Shown: positions 1 to 10,713 of the stretch, one piece after another
Layout: every line of letters begins with the position of its first letter
How positions within the stretch are numbered: the stretch's first letter is position 1
Source of the DNA: Candidatus Melainabacteria bacterium GWF2_37_15
GTDB lineage: Bacteria; Cyanobacteriota; Vampirovibrionia; Gastranaerophilales; UBA9971
Assembly: GCA_001784565.1 (NCBI GenBank)
Contig: MFRL01000086.1
Coordinates: forward strand, 1 to 62,195
Direction: 5' to 3'
DNA length: 62,195 nt
Notes under the pieces: model-generated
What the model saw: the letters and a program-made list of their open reading frames with translations, nothing else
Told to the model about the DNA's origin: nothing
The model's database searches: none
Translations under genes and position numbers: made by a program

Positions 1-923
1 TGTTCAAACAACGCCGTACTTAGATACCTTTCCCCGGAATCAGGCAGGATTACCACAATTAGTTTTCCTTTATTTTCCTCTCTTGCTGCTATTTTCAAGG
101 CTGCCCACATCGCTGCACCGCTGGAAATCCCTGACAAAATTCCTTCTTTTACGGCCAAATCCCTTGCAGTCTGCATTGCATCCCCATCGCTTACCTGGAT
201 TATTTCATCTATAATGCCGGTATTGAGTATATCAGGCACAAACCCCGCACCAATGCCCTGGATTTTATGAGGGGCAGGCTTACCCCCGGATAATACAGGA
301 CTGCCTGCCGGTTCTACAGCAATCATTTTCAATTCAGGCTTTCTTTCTTTTAGCACTTCCCCAATTCCTGTCAGGGTTCCACCTGTGCCGACTCCAGACA
401 CAACAATATCCACCTGACGGTCTGTATTTCTCCAAATTTCTTCGGCTGTGGTTTTCCTGTGTATTTCAGGGTTTGCGGGGTTGGAGAACTGCATGGGCAT
501 ATATGAATCTTCAATTTCACTTAAAAGCTGCCTGGCTTTATCAATCGCGCCTTTCATGCCCAATGACCCCTGACTAAGCACCAATTCGGCGCCGTATGCC
601 TTCAAGAGCATTCTTCTTTCTATACTCATTGTTTCAGGCATTGTCAAAATAAGCCTGTAACCCTTTACCGCACAAACAAATGCCAGTCCTATGCCGGTAT
701 TTCCGCTGGTAGGCTCAATAATAGTTGTCTTGCCGGGAGTTATTTTCTTCTCTGCCTCTGCTGTTTCTATCATGCTCAGGGCGATCCTGTCTTTTACTGA
801 GCCTGCCGGGTTAAAATTTTCCAGTTTTGCAGCTATTGTTGCATAACAACCCTGCGATAGTCTGTTTATGTAAACCAGCGGCGTGTTACCTATTAATTCA
901 GTTATGTCTTTTGCTATTTTCAT
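1..923 (-). CDS. cysK: Cysteine synthase A (O-acetylserine sulfhydrylase), C-terminus runs off the window start
   Basis: The reverse-strand translation from the ATG at 921-923 reads [17 protein letters not shown]...NPAGSVKDR...[12 protein letters not shown]...[10 protein letters not shown]. These are classic PLP-dependent CysK motifs. The ATG overlaps the TGA of the upstream gene (ATGA). Confidence 0.9.
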   Translation of the reverse strand, partial: MKIAKDITELIGNTPLVYINRLSQGCYATIAAKLENFNPAGSVKDRIALSMIETAEAEKKITPGKTTIIEPTSGNTGIGLAFVCAVKGYRLILTMPETMSIERRMLLKAYGAELVLSQGSLGMKGAIDKARQLLSEIEDSYMPMQFSNPANPEIHRKTTAEEIWRNTDRQVDIVVSGVGTGGTLTGIGEVLKERKPELKMIAVEPAGSPVLSGGKPAPHKIQGIGAGFVPDILNTGIIDEIIQVSDGDAMQTARDLAVKEGILSGISSGAAMWAALKIAAREENKGKLIVVILPDSGERYLSTALFE

Positions 924-3892
924 TTTTTTTCATTGCCCCCCTTGATTTCCTCTTCCAGCTCTGGTTTCAGCAGAACCGCTTTCTTAAAATACTTCTCCGC
1001 CTCTGCGGGCCTGTTATTTTTATTATATATAACACCCATAAAGTAATAATAATAAGGATTATTCTCATCTATGTATTTTACATTCTGGAGATACTTTGCT
1101 GATTCAAGGTAATCATGCTTTGCAATCCTCACTTTAGCTAAATCCAGCCAGATTAAAGACTGCATTGGATTAGAGGAGAGCGCTTTTTTGAGTAATTTTT
1201 CCGCTTCCTCAAATTTCCCTTTATTTGCCAGAATAATACCAAGGTTGTAAATTACATCACTATTATTTTTATCCAGAGTAAGTATTTTTTGGAAATATTC
1301 GTATGATTTTTTAGTATTACCCAGATACCCGTGCAATTTAGCCAGTGAGGTTAAGGCATCAACATTTTGGGGAAACTTATCCACGGCCTGCTGATAATAA
1401 TTTTCAGCTAATTTGTTATTTCCACTAATAAAATAAATATTTCCCAACCCAATAAGTGCCTTTACCCTGTTTTGGTCAAGCAACAATGCCTTATCATAAC
1501 ACTTTCTTGCTGATTCGAACTGGTCAACTTCATAGTATACTTCCCCCAACAGTTCACTCAAATAAGCTTCATTATTTGTATACACCAGTTTACTTAATAT
1601 ATCAGAAGCAATATCCAACTCTCCTTTAATTACATAATACTGTGCTTCGTAATACTTGCTCATCACGGGATCTTCCCGGAATTCCTTGACCTTTAGCCAG
1701 TAATCATAAGATTTAAACTTTTTCCAGAAGTCCTTATTTTTTATATTAAATTTTTTCGCCTGTAAATTTACACTGTTTAAAGTTAATTGAGCAGGGCGAA
1801 TTTTATTTTCAGCAGAAAATATATTTACTGCTTCAAGCCTGTAGGTAAGGTTTTCCTGATTTATGCTCATTGCTATACTTATTTCATTTTCGGCCTCTTG
1901 ATATTTTTTAAGTTCCTTATATGCTTTTGCTCTTAAATAATGAATATAATCGTATCCCCTCAGGTTGTTTGTTACTTCAATAACCATTTCAGGCTGATCT
2001 TTGTAGGTCAGCAGGTAAAAAGCTGTAACCTGGACATTTTCCAGCTTATCCGGCACAGAATTTCTGGGGAAATACAGTCTGTTAAGCTCATAAATCATTG
2101 TGCCCCAGATTTCTTCACTTTTTATTTCATTTAAAACCTCTGAAGCAAAATTTAAATAACTCATATTTATTAATTTAAGCGCCAGCTTCATTTTTGCGAA
2201 ATCGTCATTATTATCTATAGTTTTATGAAATTCTTTTAAATCCTTAAGAGCATCTTCTGTATTTCCCCGCGTGAAATTATAAAACGCAGCCTTTACTTCG
2301 TCCCGCGTCTCCTCGTTATTAGGCAGTTCAATCATATGAATGTCACTATCAACAGGGCTTGGCCTGTTTATAACTACATTTATTAAGTTATCATCACCAT
2401 AAGACTTTTCCTGATTCAAACTAATCTTAACTTCAGGCCTGTTCTTCATCTCAGTAACAACCGGGCTTGAGGCATTGAGGATTTCAATATCAATTTGTGA
2501 AAACCCGGGAACAATATTTAAAGCCATTTCTGTTTTTGCGGAAATATCATTCATGGAACTTTCTGTTATAGCAAGGTGCAGTGGAGTAAAATTCTTGTAA
2601 GGGAAGCTGGGATCAAGGTTTTCCCATCTACCAACAAAAGCCTTAACCCACATATGATACACAAAGGCGTTTTCGGGAGTATTGGTATAAACAAGCCCGA
2701 CCACTACTTTTGCAGGAATGCCTGCTGCTCTTAATATAGAAGCAAGCAATACAGAATGCTCTGTGCAGTCCCCGCTCCCTGTTTCCAGTACCTGCACGGC
2801 ATTTGCAAAGTCAACACCAAGATTTTTATTGGTTATATTATCATAAACCCACCTTTCGGCTTTTAGAGCAAGCTTAAGGGCATCTGTTTCACCCTCGCTT
2901 AGTTTCTGGGCTACCTCCTTAACTTTTGGGCTGTCTGTAATGATATAGGGGCCTGATTTCAGGTACTCTTCATATTCCCTAGTGTCAAAAGGATAGGGGA
3001 ATTCATTGCTGTAATGCTTCTGGGCTTTTACTTTTATGTAAGCTGTATTGTCCTGCACCTGAAAAACATTTTGCGTTTCATCACTAATAAAAATAGTTTC
3101 CACAGGCACATCATAGGAAGTAATCTTGTAAATAGCCTGCTCAACTGTTTCCGGCGAATTTATAACCCTGTCGACCTTAATTACACTTTGCGGGAATACG
3201 TTATAATCGCTCCTTATGTTCAGCACGTCTTTTTCATCTGCTGCAACCTGTTCTATATCCATTATTGATGAGGTTGACTTCATTTCCCTGCCGTTACTAT
3301 CTCGCCATTCGTACATTTCAGCATTAGGGAATATATTCACATCAAGCTTGTATTTTTTATGTTCACCTTTTTCATTTTTAATTTCATTTGCCTTAATTTT
3401 GAGGAATACAGTGCTCATGCCAGGCTCTATTGTGTTATACTGTATAATTCCGTCTTTTGATTCCTTATAAAGCTTATCTATAGCGTATGGAAACAAAATA
3501 TTTTCCTGAATATCAATGGTTTTTACGTCTTTAACAGAATTTATATTGGAATTTATAACAATTTCCTTATTTGCCCAGTCGAATTTGCCTTTAACACTAA
3601 CATCCTCGCCCGGATTTTTGGATTCAAACGAGAACTCCAGGGGCTTTCCGGTTTCATCTTCAACAAAAGCCTGATCCTGTATGATTTCTATATTGTCATT
3701 TTCACGTTTAAATCGCTGTTCAATGTGTATTTCAGTAATAATGTTTGAATTATTCTTTCTCTGTCGCTCATTAATAAAGCCAATATCCACGCCTTTAGAC
3801 TTAAGAAGGTAGTATTGCTCGTGTAATATTTCAGAATCTTCGGCAAAAACAGCATAATTTACAATGCAGGAAAGGAAAAGAACAAACGTCAT
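920..3892 (-). CDS. Transglutaminase-like domain protein with N-terminal signal/anchor and C-terminal TPR repeats
   Basis: The Cys-His-Asp core is [22 protein letters not shown]...YHMWVKAF...NLDPS. The C-terminal ~350 aa are TPR-like (YYxxG.. repeats). The ORF stays open to 3982, but codons upstream of M31 (3892) are encoded by a repeat element, so the start is ambiguous. Confidence 0.75.
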   Translation of the reverse strand: MTFVLFLSCIVNYAVFAEDSEILHEQYYLLKSKGVDIGFINERQRKNNSNIITEIHIEQRFKRENDNIEIIQDQAFVEDETGKPLEFSFESKNPGEDVSVKGKFDWANKEIVINSNINSVKDVKTIDIQENILFPYAIDKLYKESKDGIIQYNTIEPGMSTVFLKIKANEIKNEKGEHKKYKLDVNIFPNAEMYEWRDSNGREMKSTSSIMDIEQVAADEKDVLNIRSDYNVFPQSVIKVDRVINSPETVEQAIYKITSYDVPVETIFISDETQNVFQVQDNTAYIKVKAQKHYSNEFPYPFDTREYEEYLKSGPYIITDSPKVKEVAQKLSEGETDALKLALKAERWVYDNITNKNLGVDFANAVQVLETGSGDCTEHSVLLASILRAAGIPAKVVVGLVYTNTPENAFVYHMWVKAFVGRWENLDPSFPYKNFTPLHLAITESSMNDISAKTEMALNIVPGFSQIDIEILNASSPVVTEMKNRPEVKISLNQEKSYGDDNLINVVINRPSPVDSDIHMIELPNNEETRDEVKAAFYNFTRGNTEDALKDLKEFHKTIDNNDDFAKMKLALKLINMSYLNFASEVLNEIKSEEIWGTMIYELNRLYFPRNSVPDKLENVQVTAFYLLTYKDQPEMVIEVTNNLRGYDYIHYLRAKAYKELKKYQEAENEISIAMSINQENLTYRLEAVNIFSAENKIRPAQLTLNSVNLQAKKFNIKNKDFWKKFKSYDYWLKVKEFREDPVMSKYYEAQYYVIKGELDIASDILSKLVYTNNEAYLSELLGEVYYEVDQFESARKCYDKALLLDQNRVKALIGLGNIYFISGNNKLAENYYQQAVDKFPQNVDALTSLAKLHGYLGNTKKSYEYFQKILTLDKNNSDVIYNLGIILANKGKFEEAEKLLKKALSSNPMQSLIWLDLAKVRIAKHDYLESAKYLQNVKYIDENNPYYYYFMGVIYNKNNRPAEAEKYFKKAVLLKPELEEEIKGGNEKK

Positions 3893-3957
3893 TGCGAGGA
3901 GGGCTGAAAGCCCGACGTGGCAATCTGTCCATCTTGGGATTTTAACACCCACCCTAT
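3888..3957. repeat. Copy of the palindromic repeat family (gtcattgcgaggagg / gggctgaaagccc / gacgtggcaatctg / cacccaccctat)
   Basis: It is the reverse-complement homologue of 36311-36350 (cagattgccacgttggag...cctcctcgcaatgac), and it ends like the B module (cccaccctat). Confidence 0.5.
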
Positions 3958-4088
3958 TAAATTGATCGTATATTGATTGCATTCCAGTATTATTAAGATT
4001 ATTTAAATTTAATATTTAATAATAACAATTTTTAAACTTTATTCATTTTATATTATATAGGTTAATAAGTCAGGAAAGGAAGATAAAA

Positions 4089-4493
4089 ATGAATATTCTT
4101 AAATTTTTTAGATCGCCAACTATGAGAAAACTTGATAAACAAGTTGAACAGGAAGTTAAAAGAGATTTGCCTGGAATTTTGAACAAACAAGCAGTAACAA
4201 AACAAGCAAATTTACAGCAAAAATTTGATGAATTAGGACAAAATTTAACATCTGATGAAAGAGATGTATTAAATAATGAAATCTCTGAAATTATGAAATT
4301 TCATTTAAATAATCCTGAAGTCCATGGGCTGGCGAAAAAGCAACTCCAGAAACCGGAAGATCTTGCAAGACAATTTGCATACGAAGATATAATACAAAAT
4401 CATCGACAAATACTAAAAGACCATGCAGAACAACAAGGCAGAGATAACATCAAGGAACTTATGAAAAAAGCCGGAATATGGAAAGGTAATTGA
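4089..4493 (+). CDS. Hypothetical protein (134 aa, charged, helical-looking)
   Basis: Clean ORF with an AGGAAAGGAAG purine-rich stretch upstream of the ATG. I recognise no family motif. Confidence 0.5.
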   Translation: MNILKFFRSPTMRKLDKQVEQEVKRDLPGILNKQAVTKQANLQQKFDELGQNLTSDERDVLNNEISEIMKFHLNNPEVHGLAKKQLQKPEDLARQFAYEDIIQNHRQILKDHAEQQGRDNIKELMKKAGIWKGN

Positions 4494-4508
4494 TAACGTA
4501 TTATGTGC

Positions 4509-7058
4509 TTAATCCATCCTTTGAGGATTGTATAAATTCTCGAAAATCTCAACTACCTGCTTTTCCTCCTTGTTTCTTTTAGCTTCTTCCTTTAAAAGAA
4601 CAGTATGGAAATCATTCAGGGTATATTTTTTGAATAATTCCTGCATGCTTTCTGTTAATGTGTAGTCTTCCTTAAATAAAAGTATGCTTAAAATTTTAAA
4701 AATGCTCAAGTTAAAGAAATTGTCGATAACATTTACGTCAAAATGAACCCCTGCATCCTTTTTCAGGATGTTTAGCACGTTAACAAACGGCATACGGTCA
4801 CGATAATGACGTTTTGACGTAATTGCGTCAAACACATCAGAAACAGCAAGTATTCTTCCGCCCAGATATATCTCTTCCCCTTTAAGTTTCCTAAAATAAC
4901 CGCTTCCATCAACTTTTTCATGGTGCGAGGCCGCTATTTCAGGCACATCCTTAAGTTTTTCCTCGAAAAACATGTTGTTTAGTATTTCATACGTAATGCT
5001 GGCATGCTGCTGAATATGGCTGTATTCTTCTTCAGTAAGTTTTCCCTGCTTACAAAGCACACTATCCCTGATTCCTATTTTCCCTATATCGTGAAGAAGC
5101 GCCGCATGCTCCAGAGATTCAAGATCTTCGCCTGCTATTCCCATATTTTCGGCTATTGCAATACTGTATAACGTCACTCTTTTTGAATGACCGGCCGTAA
5201 TCTTGTCCCTTGCGTCGATAGAGGCTGCAAGAGTGTTTATAAAACTTACATACGAGCGTTTTTGCTCTTCATACATAATTTTTTGCTTTTTAAACAACCT
5301 GGCATTCTCAAGCGCAATCCCTGTACTTGAACCGATTGCAATAAGCAAGTCTTCGTCTTCTGCGCTAAAATAATCATTCCCGAATTTATTTAAAACCTGA
5401 AATACACCTGTTATTTCGTGATTCAGGTTCCTCATAGGCATACACAAGATGGTGCTTGTTTTATAGCCTGTTTTTTTGTCTATTTCCTTGTTAAACCTGT
5501 CATCATTGTATGCGTCTCTGATGTTTATTGTTTCCCCGGTCATCGCAACATGTCCCGCAAGGCCCATGTTTGCCGGAAATCTTATTTCCTGGCTTCCCAT
5601 ACCAAGAGCAATCTTTGACCACAGCTCATTTGTTTCCTTGTCATACAGGAAAACCGTACACCTGTCTGCTGATAAGGCGCTCTGGGTCTCTTTTGCTATT
5701 ATGGTAAGCAGTTTATCAAGGTCTGTTTCCGCAGCAATAGAGCGGCCTATCCTTAACAGGGCAAGGAACGGGTCTTTATTCCCGCCTGTCCTGGAAGACA
5801 TATCCCCAAACATAGCAACAGAATCCATGATTAGCTTTATATCTTCAAACGGGGTCTCTTTTTTAGCGGTTTTATCAATTACATGTGACCATTCCTGCTC
5901 ATCAACATCAAAAAGCAGGTCTTCTATCTTCTTGCTCAGTATAAAAAGGTTGTTTGTTTGGGAAATTACCAGCGCTTCCTTAAGACTTCCGGAAGCTTTA
6001 GGAAAATCCGAGCTGTTTTTATAAAGCAATCCAAGGTTATAGTAACTCTTAGCCACCTCAGCAGAGCTATGTGCTTCTATAAATAGCTCTATTGCTTCAC
6101 CAAGGCAGTCTATGGCTTCATTTATCTGGCCCTGCTGTTCAAGAATCAATGATCTGATCTGTTTTGCAAATCCCTGGCCCCTATGTGATGAAAAATTTGC
6201 AAAAACAGGCTCCACTTCTGTTTCCAGTACTTTTACAGCGTTTTTGGAATCCTTGTTTTTAATATGGATATTTGCCAAAATACAGTGCGCGAAAGCTGAA
6301 ACCAGGGGTAGATCCATCTTTTGAGCAAGTTCAACTGACTTTATGGCGTATTCTTCAGCATTTTTACTATCACCCAGCTCAAAATGCACTTTTGCCAGCT
6401 CTCCCCATATTCTTGAGCTGGTAAAATAATCCTTAAGTTTCTCAGTTGTTGTAATCGCATTTAACAGGTGGGTTTTAGCTTCTTCATACTGTTCCCTGCT
6501 TGAAAAATACCTTCCCAGAAGAAACTCTGTTATTGAAGATTCACGCGCATTCCCAATATTTTTCTTTATCTCAAGGGACTGTTTCATACAATCCACGGAT
6601 ATCTGATAGTTATTTGTCCTTAAATAAAACACTGCCAAGTCATCAAGGATTTTTGCATATTCAAGATCATTCTCACTGAGCAGGTTTTGGGCTTGTTTAT
6701 AGTACTTAAGGGCGTCACTGTATCGTTTTTCAAGATAATAAATTATGCCGTAATGATGGAGGATTTTGGCCTCAATTTCATTTTTATCGCCCTGATCGAG
6801 GTTTTCCAGAAGGTATTTTGCATCATTCAATAAAGTAAGGGACCTTATTAAGCGGTCATTACAGTTTTTATAATGAATAATTGCAAGCTCTGCAAGGCAT
6901 ACAGCTATTTTTTTTATATTTTTGCGCTCATTATAGATTCTTTGAGCTTCTTCTATGAATGTTATTGCCTTATCATAGTCTTTTCGAAAAGCCTCAATAT
7001 AGCCTGCTTCAAGAAGCTGTTGAGCCTTATCCTCAATATTTTCAAGTTTGTTAGACAT
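4509..7058 (-). CDS. TPR - GAF - HD-GYP domain protein (putative cyclic-di-GMP phosphodiesterase/sensor)
   Basis: The N-terminal ~400 aa are TPR-like and the centre looks like a GAF domain (DRCTVFLYD...MGLAGHVAMTGETINIRDAYND). The HD-GYP core is HSKRV...LLHDIGKIGI...HHEKVDGSGYF, with GYF in place of GYP. Confidence 0.85.
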   Translation of the reverse strand: MSNKLENIEDKAQQLLEAGYIEAFRKDYDKAITFIEEAQRIYNERKNIKKIAVCLAELAIIHYKNCNDRLIRSLTLLNDAKYLLENLDQGDKNEIEAKILHHYGIIYYLEKRYSDALKYYKQAQNLLSENDLEYAKILDDLAVFYLRTNNYQISVDCMKQSLEIKKNIGNARESSITEFLLGRYFSSREQYEEAKTHLLNAITTTEKLKDYFTSSRIWGELAKVHFELGDSKNAEEYAIKSVELAQKMDLPLVSAFAHCILANIHIKNKDSKNAVKVLETEVEPVFANFSSHRGQGFAKQIRSLILEQQGQINEAIDCLGEAIELFIEAHSSAEVAKSYYNLGLLYKNSSDFPKASGSLKEALVISQTNNLFILSKKIEDLLFDVDEQEWSHVIDKTAKKETPFEDIKLIMDSVAMFGDMSSRTGGNKDPFLALLRIGRSIAAETDLDKLLTIIAKETQSALSADRCTVFLYDKETNELWSKIALGMGSQEIRFPANMGLAGHVAMTGETINIRDAYNDDRFNKEIDKKTGYKTSTILCMPMRNLNHEITGVFQVLNKFGNDYFSAEDEDLLIAIGSSTGIALENARLFKKQKIMYEEQKRSYVSFINTLAASIDARDKITAGHSKRVTLYSIAIAENMGIAGEDLESLEHAALLHDIGKIGIRDSVLCKQGKLTEEEYSHIQQHASITYEILNNMFFEEKLKDVPEIAASHHEKVDGSGYFRKLKGEEIYLGGRILAVSDVFDAITSKRHYRDRMPFVNVLNILKKDAGVHFDVNVIDNFFNLSIFKILSILLFKEDYTLTESMQELFKKYTLNDFHTVLLKEEAKRNKEEKQVVEIFENLYNPQRMD

Positions 7059-7078
7059 AATTTTTATTATATCTTAAC

Positions 7079-7708
7079 TTACGATCCTTGTGAATTATAT
7101 TCAGGCTTGTTTATAACTCCCACCCTATAGATAGGCCAAAACCTAAAAACAGCCTTACCAACAATGCGTTTTTCAGGCAGCACACCCCAGAACCTGCTAT
7201 CTGTGCTGTCGTTTCTGTTATCCCCCATCATATAATAACTGTGTTCAGGAACTACATACGGGCCGCAGTACATATCCTCTGTGCATAGGCCAGTGTAAAC
7301 CTCTTTTTGGTAAGGTTCGTCCAGCAGCTCGCCGTTAATATAAACCCCTTCATTCGGTACAACTTTTACTTCTTCGCCCGGCAAAGCAATAATTCTTTTT
7401 ATATAAGCCTCATCCTTGCTGAAAAATCCTATCATTCGGGCAAATTTTCCCCACATCGAGGGATCAAGCTCGTGATGAGGAGGGTAAAACACTATTATAT
7501 CTCCTCTTTGAGGCTCACCAAAGCGGTAGGATACTTTTTCAATTATCAAATTATCGCCTATTTGAAGGTTAGGCTCCATTGAACTCGAAGGAATCCACCG
7601 GGGCTCGCCCAGAACAGACCTTATCAATATAACCAGTATAAGGACAGTAACTATTGTTTCTACGGTTTCTTTAAGCAGAAATTTTATTTTTTCTTTATCA
7701 ATTTTCAT
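7079..7708 (-). CDS. lepB: Signal peptidase I
   Basis: It has an N-terminal TM segment, the catalytic-Ser box IPSSSMEP, KRIIALPGE, and GDNRNDSTDSRFWG. Confidence 0.9.
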   Translation of the reverse strand: MKIDKEKIKFLLKETVETIVTVLILVILIRSVLGEPRWIPSSSMEPNLQIGDNLIIEKVSYRFGEPQRGDIIVFYPPHHELDPSMWGKFARMIGFFSKDEAYIKRIIALPGEEVKVVPNEGVYINGELLDEPYQKEVYTGLCTEDMYCGPYVVPEHSYYMMGDNRNDSTDSRFWGVLPEKRIVGKAVFRFWPIYRVGVINKPEYNSQGS

Positions 7709-8706
7709 AAAACCCTTTCTGCTGTGTAATTAGCAAGATCAATTAAAATGTGCCTATAAAGGTTATCTGGAACCACATCAAGAGAACTTATAGCTCTTTG
7801 AGCATATTCATCCGCCAAATCCCTTGCTTTTTCCATACCCCGGGAAGCTAATACCAGCTTAATTGCGTGTTTAAAGTCTTTATCACTTTTTAAACCATTC
7901 TCAACAAGATTTTTAAGAGTAAAATCCCCTTTTTGGGCATATTCCTCAACTGCAAATATAACAGGCGCTGTTACAATCCCATCTTTCAGGTCACTAGCTT
8001 TTGAATTTTTGAAATTAAGAATATCATCTATTATCTGGAAAGCAGTCCCAAAATTCAGCGAATATCCTCTTGCTGCCTTTATAATCAGATTATTAGTATT
8101 CGGCATGATAGAAGCTGCGCACTCAACGCCTACCATAAAAAGCTGTGCGGTTTTTCTCTCGGACTTGTTAATATATTCATCCACGGTAATTACTTTGAAT
8201 TTCTGGTTTTCCTGGAGAATTTCCCCTATGCATAATTCATTGAGTACTGAAGAAAACATCTCTACAGCTATACTTCCCACCTTAACGAGCTTATTAAGAG
8301 CCCGTGAGAGTATATAATCCCCTGTTATTATGGCAGATTTTGTTCCCCATTTTTTCCATACAGTCATTACCCCGCGACGGGTTTCAGCTTCATCAATAAC
8401 ATCATCATGAAGCAGTGTGGCTGTATGTATCATTTCTACGGCCTGAGCAATACTGAATTGCTCCTCAGATACATACTTACCCTGATTAAGCGCCTTAATA
8501 AAGACAATAATAATCGCCGGTCTTAACCGTTTTCCGCCGGATTTAAACACATAACTTGTAATTTTATCAAGATCAGCGTTACCGCTGGCTAAACTTTCGT
8601 TTAAAAATGATTCCAGTGAACACAGGTCTGTTTTTATCGGCTGAAATAGTTGATCCAGTTTTTCAGAGTAATTATTAGATTGTTTTTTGTTTAATAAATC
8701 GAACAT
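7705..8706 (-). CDS. Long-chain trans-polyprenyl diphosphate synthase
   Basis: The first Asp-rich motif is LLHDDVIDEAETRRG and the second is QIIDDILNF. A 4-nt overlap couples it to lepB. Confidence 0.85.
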   Translation of the reverse strand: MFDLLNKKQSNNYSEKLDQLFQPIKTDLCSLESFLNESLASGNADLDKITSYVFKSGGKRLRPAIIIVFIKALNQGKYVSEEQFSIAQAVEMIHTATLLHDDVIDEAETRRGVMTVWKKWGTKSAIITGDYILSRALNKLVKVGSIAVEMFSSVLNELCIGEILQENQKFKVITVDEYINKSERKTAQLFMVGVECAASIMPNTNNLIIKAARGYSLNFGTAFQIIDDILNFKNSKASDLKDGIVTAPVIFAVEEYAQKGDFTLKNLVENGLKSDKDFKHAIKLVLASRGMEKARDLADEYAQRAISSLDVVPDNLYRHILIDLANYTAERVL

Positions 8707-8722
8707 TTTGCCTTTTAAAGAT

Positions 8723-8804
8723 TGGGCGAGGAGAGATTCGAACTCTCACAGGGGTTGCCTACTAGTTCCTAAGACTAGCGCGTCTACCATTTCGCCACTC
8801 GCCC
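8723..8804 (-). tRNA. tRNA-Leu (anticodon UAG)
   Basis: The reverse complement GGGCGAGTGGCGAAATGGTAGACGCGCTAGTCTTAGGAACTAGTAGGCAACCCCTGTGAGAGTTCGAATCTCTCCTCGCCCA folds as a cloverleaf. It has a 7-bp acceptor stem, anticodon loop CTTAGGA, a long variable arm and a GTTCGAATC T-loop. Confidence 0.85.
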
Positions 8805-8851
8805 AAATGTTATTACAATAAAAATTTAGCACCTATTTAGTAGTATAGTCA

Positions 8852-9547
8852 ATGTTAAAAAAATCACAGTACTTTATAATTTCTTGCATGTCAGAAATTC
8901 AAAAATATGCTTCAAGAGAAGCCGCCGGTGAACTACTAGCAGATAAAATACAGGAATTACACCTGGAAAAACCTTATTTGCTCGCTATCCCAAGAGGAGG
9001 GATACAGGTAGCAAAAGCCGTTGCTGATCGGCTTAAAATACCCATAAACCCGCTCGTAGTCAAAAAACTGCCTGCTCCAGGCAATCCCGAATATGGATTT
9101 GGTGCAATTACCGAAGATGGCACAAAAATCCTTAACGAAGATGCAGTTGATTACCTGCATCTCAGTCCTAAAATCATAGAAGATATTTCCCAGAAAGTTA
9201 TTTCGGAGATTCAACACAGAAAAGAATATTATGGCGGGCTTCATGACGAAAAAATACACACAAGTGACGTGATTATAGTGGATGATGGAGTAGCGACAGG
9301 CTATTCATTAATAGCAGGAATAATGACAGTTCAAAAAAGAGACCCCAAATCCCTGTGGGTCGCTGTTCCTGTAAGTTCAGAAAACGCATATTTAAAGATT
9401 AAACAAATAGTTAAAAATGTTATTTGCCCTATAGTCAATGGTGAGTATTTTTTTGCCGTAGCAAGCTATTATAAAGAGTGGTATGACTTACAGGAAGAGG
9501 AAATTAAGAGGATTTTAGAAGATTACAGGGCTAAGTACTCAGACTAA
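8852..9547 (+). CDS. Phosphoribosyltransferase-family protein
   Basis: The PRPP-binding motif is VIIVDDGVATGYS. The start could instead be the ATG at 8888 (MSEIQKY). Confidence 0.75.
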   Translation: MLKKSQYFIISCMSEIQKYASREAAGELLADKIQELHLEKPYLLAIPRGGIQVAKAVADRLKIPINPLVVKKLPAPGNPEYGFGAITEDGTKILNEDAVDYLHLSPKIIEDISQKVISEIQHRKEYYGGLHDEKIHTSDVIIVDDGVATGYSLIAGIMTVQKRDPKSLWVAVPVSSENAYLKIKQIVKNVICPIVNGEYFFAVASYYKEWYDLQEEEIKRILEDYRAKYSD

Positions 9548-9590
9548 ATTTTTATTTTTCAAAAAACAATTAACAATCAAATTTATTCAT

Positions 9591-9734
9591 TTACCAGCCG
9601 TTTTTTTCTCTATTTTTAAATTCCTTTAAGTCCTGCTTAAAATCACCGGATGATTTTATATATCGTCCTGCAGAAGCATCTTTATACCCTTCAAGCAATT
9701 TTTCTTTAGACTGATAAAATTCGATTTTTTTCAT
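9591..9734 (-). CDS. Small ORF (47 aa) MKKIEFYQSKEKLLEGYKDASAGRYIKSSGDFKQDLKEFKNREKNGW
   Basis: It is absent from the supplied track because it is under 60 aa, and it fills an otherwise empty 235-nt gap. I made no family call. Confidence 0.3.
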   Translation of the reverse strand: MKKIEFYQSKEKLLEGYKDASAGRYIKSSGDFKQDLKEFKNREKNGW

Positions 9735-9782
9735 ATCCTATCGCAATAAATGTCAATTCTGTAACCATTAAAATTAGATGGT

Positions 9783-10535
9783 TTAAACTAAAATTTGCTT
9801 TACACTTATAGATTCTACATTTTCAAGACTTGAGAGCTTACCGTATATGACATTAACCGGGTCTTTCCCTACACATTCCAGAACAAAAGCCAATTTCACA
9901 TTAGCTTTTTCATCATGCATCCTGCTGGCGCTTATTTCCTGGATATTTTTAAATTCTCTATAAAACCATTCCTGCACCGTAGCCTGGGCTTCCTTTGCGC
10001 AGGAAACTGAGACTTTAACCCTTCCCCCTTTACTTATGCCCCTTGGAAGAAACCTGTTCTCAATTTGCCTTATAACTACCAGAACAAGGAAAGTAAAAGC
10101 CGTAGCAAGAATAGCCAGGGGATACGACCCTGCGCCGACAGCCATACCTATACTTGCGGTAATCCATAGTGTAGCCGCTGTAGTAAGGCCGAAAATATTC
10201 ATGCCATAGTGCAAAACAGCACCGCCGCCTATGAACCCGATCCCTGTCACTATTTGAGCGGCAATACGTGATGGGTCATGCACAATTCTTATTGCATCGC
10301 CGTCACTAAAGCCTGAATTTACACAGTTAAAACCATATATAGACAGAATAGTAAATACTGTAGAACCAAGACAAACCAGGATATGCGTCCTTAGTCCGGC
10401 GCTTTTGTTAGTCATCTCCCTTTCCAGGCCTATTAATAAGCCAAGTAATAAGGAAACAATCAGTCTTACTACTATATCGGCATCAAAAACCGGAAAACAT
10501 CCAGCTAAAACATTAGCAATAAATTCATAATTCAT
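9783..10535 (-). CDS. MgtC/SapB family membrane protein
   Basis: It carries LLGLLIGLEREMTNKSAGLRTHILVCLGS plus four or five TM segments and a soluble C-terminal domain. Confidence 0.8.
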   Translation of the reverse strand: MNYEFIANVLAGCFPVFDADIVVRLIVSLLLGLLIGLEREMTNKSAGLRTHILVCLGSTVFTILSIYGFNCVNSGFSDGDAIRIVHDPSRIAAQIVTGIGFIGGGAVLHYGMNIFGLTTAATLWITASIGMAVGAGSYPLAILATAFTFLVLVVIRQIENRFLPRGISKGGRVKVSVSCAKEAQATVQEWFYREFKNIQEISASRMHDEKANVKLAFVLECVGKDPVNVIYGKLSSLENVESISVKQILV

Positions 10536-10566
10536 ATATAAACAGCAGTAATTTTAGTAAATAAAG

Positions 10567-10651
10567 TGCCCTGGGCCAGACTCGAACTGGCACGGGGGAT
10601 AAACCCCACCGGATTTTAAGTCCGACGCGTCTACCATTCCGCCACCAAGGC
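10567..10651 (-). tRNA. tRNA-Leu (anticodon UAA)
   Basis: The reverse complement is GCCTTGGTGGCGGAATGGTAGACGCGTCGGACTTAAAATCCGGTGGGGTTTATCCCCCGTGCCAGTTCGAGTCTGGCCCAGGGCA. It has anticodon loop CTTAAAA, a long variable arm, and a T-loop GTTCGAGTC. Confidence 0.85.
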
Positions 10652-10713
10652 CTATTTAATCTGCAATTAATAATATAATAAAAACTCTTTTTCGTCTATT
10701 CTTTGTTTTAAAT

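Noticed and set aside
827-1102. Track ORF 827-1102 (plus strand) spanning the cysK / transglutaminase-TPR junction
   Set aside because: It is antisense to two motif-supported genes that are translationally coupled by an ATGA overlap.
5476-6024. Long antisense ORFs inside well-supported genes (5476-6024, 14857-15225, 17128-17601, 19121-19606, 46695-47144, 55991-56425 and similar)
   Set aside because: They lie opposite genes with clear family motifs, lack RBS context, and have the Ser/Leu/Ile-rich composition of shadow frames.
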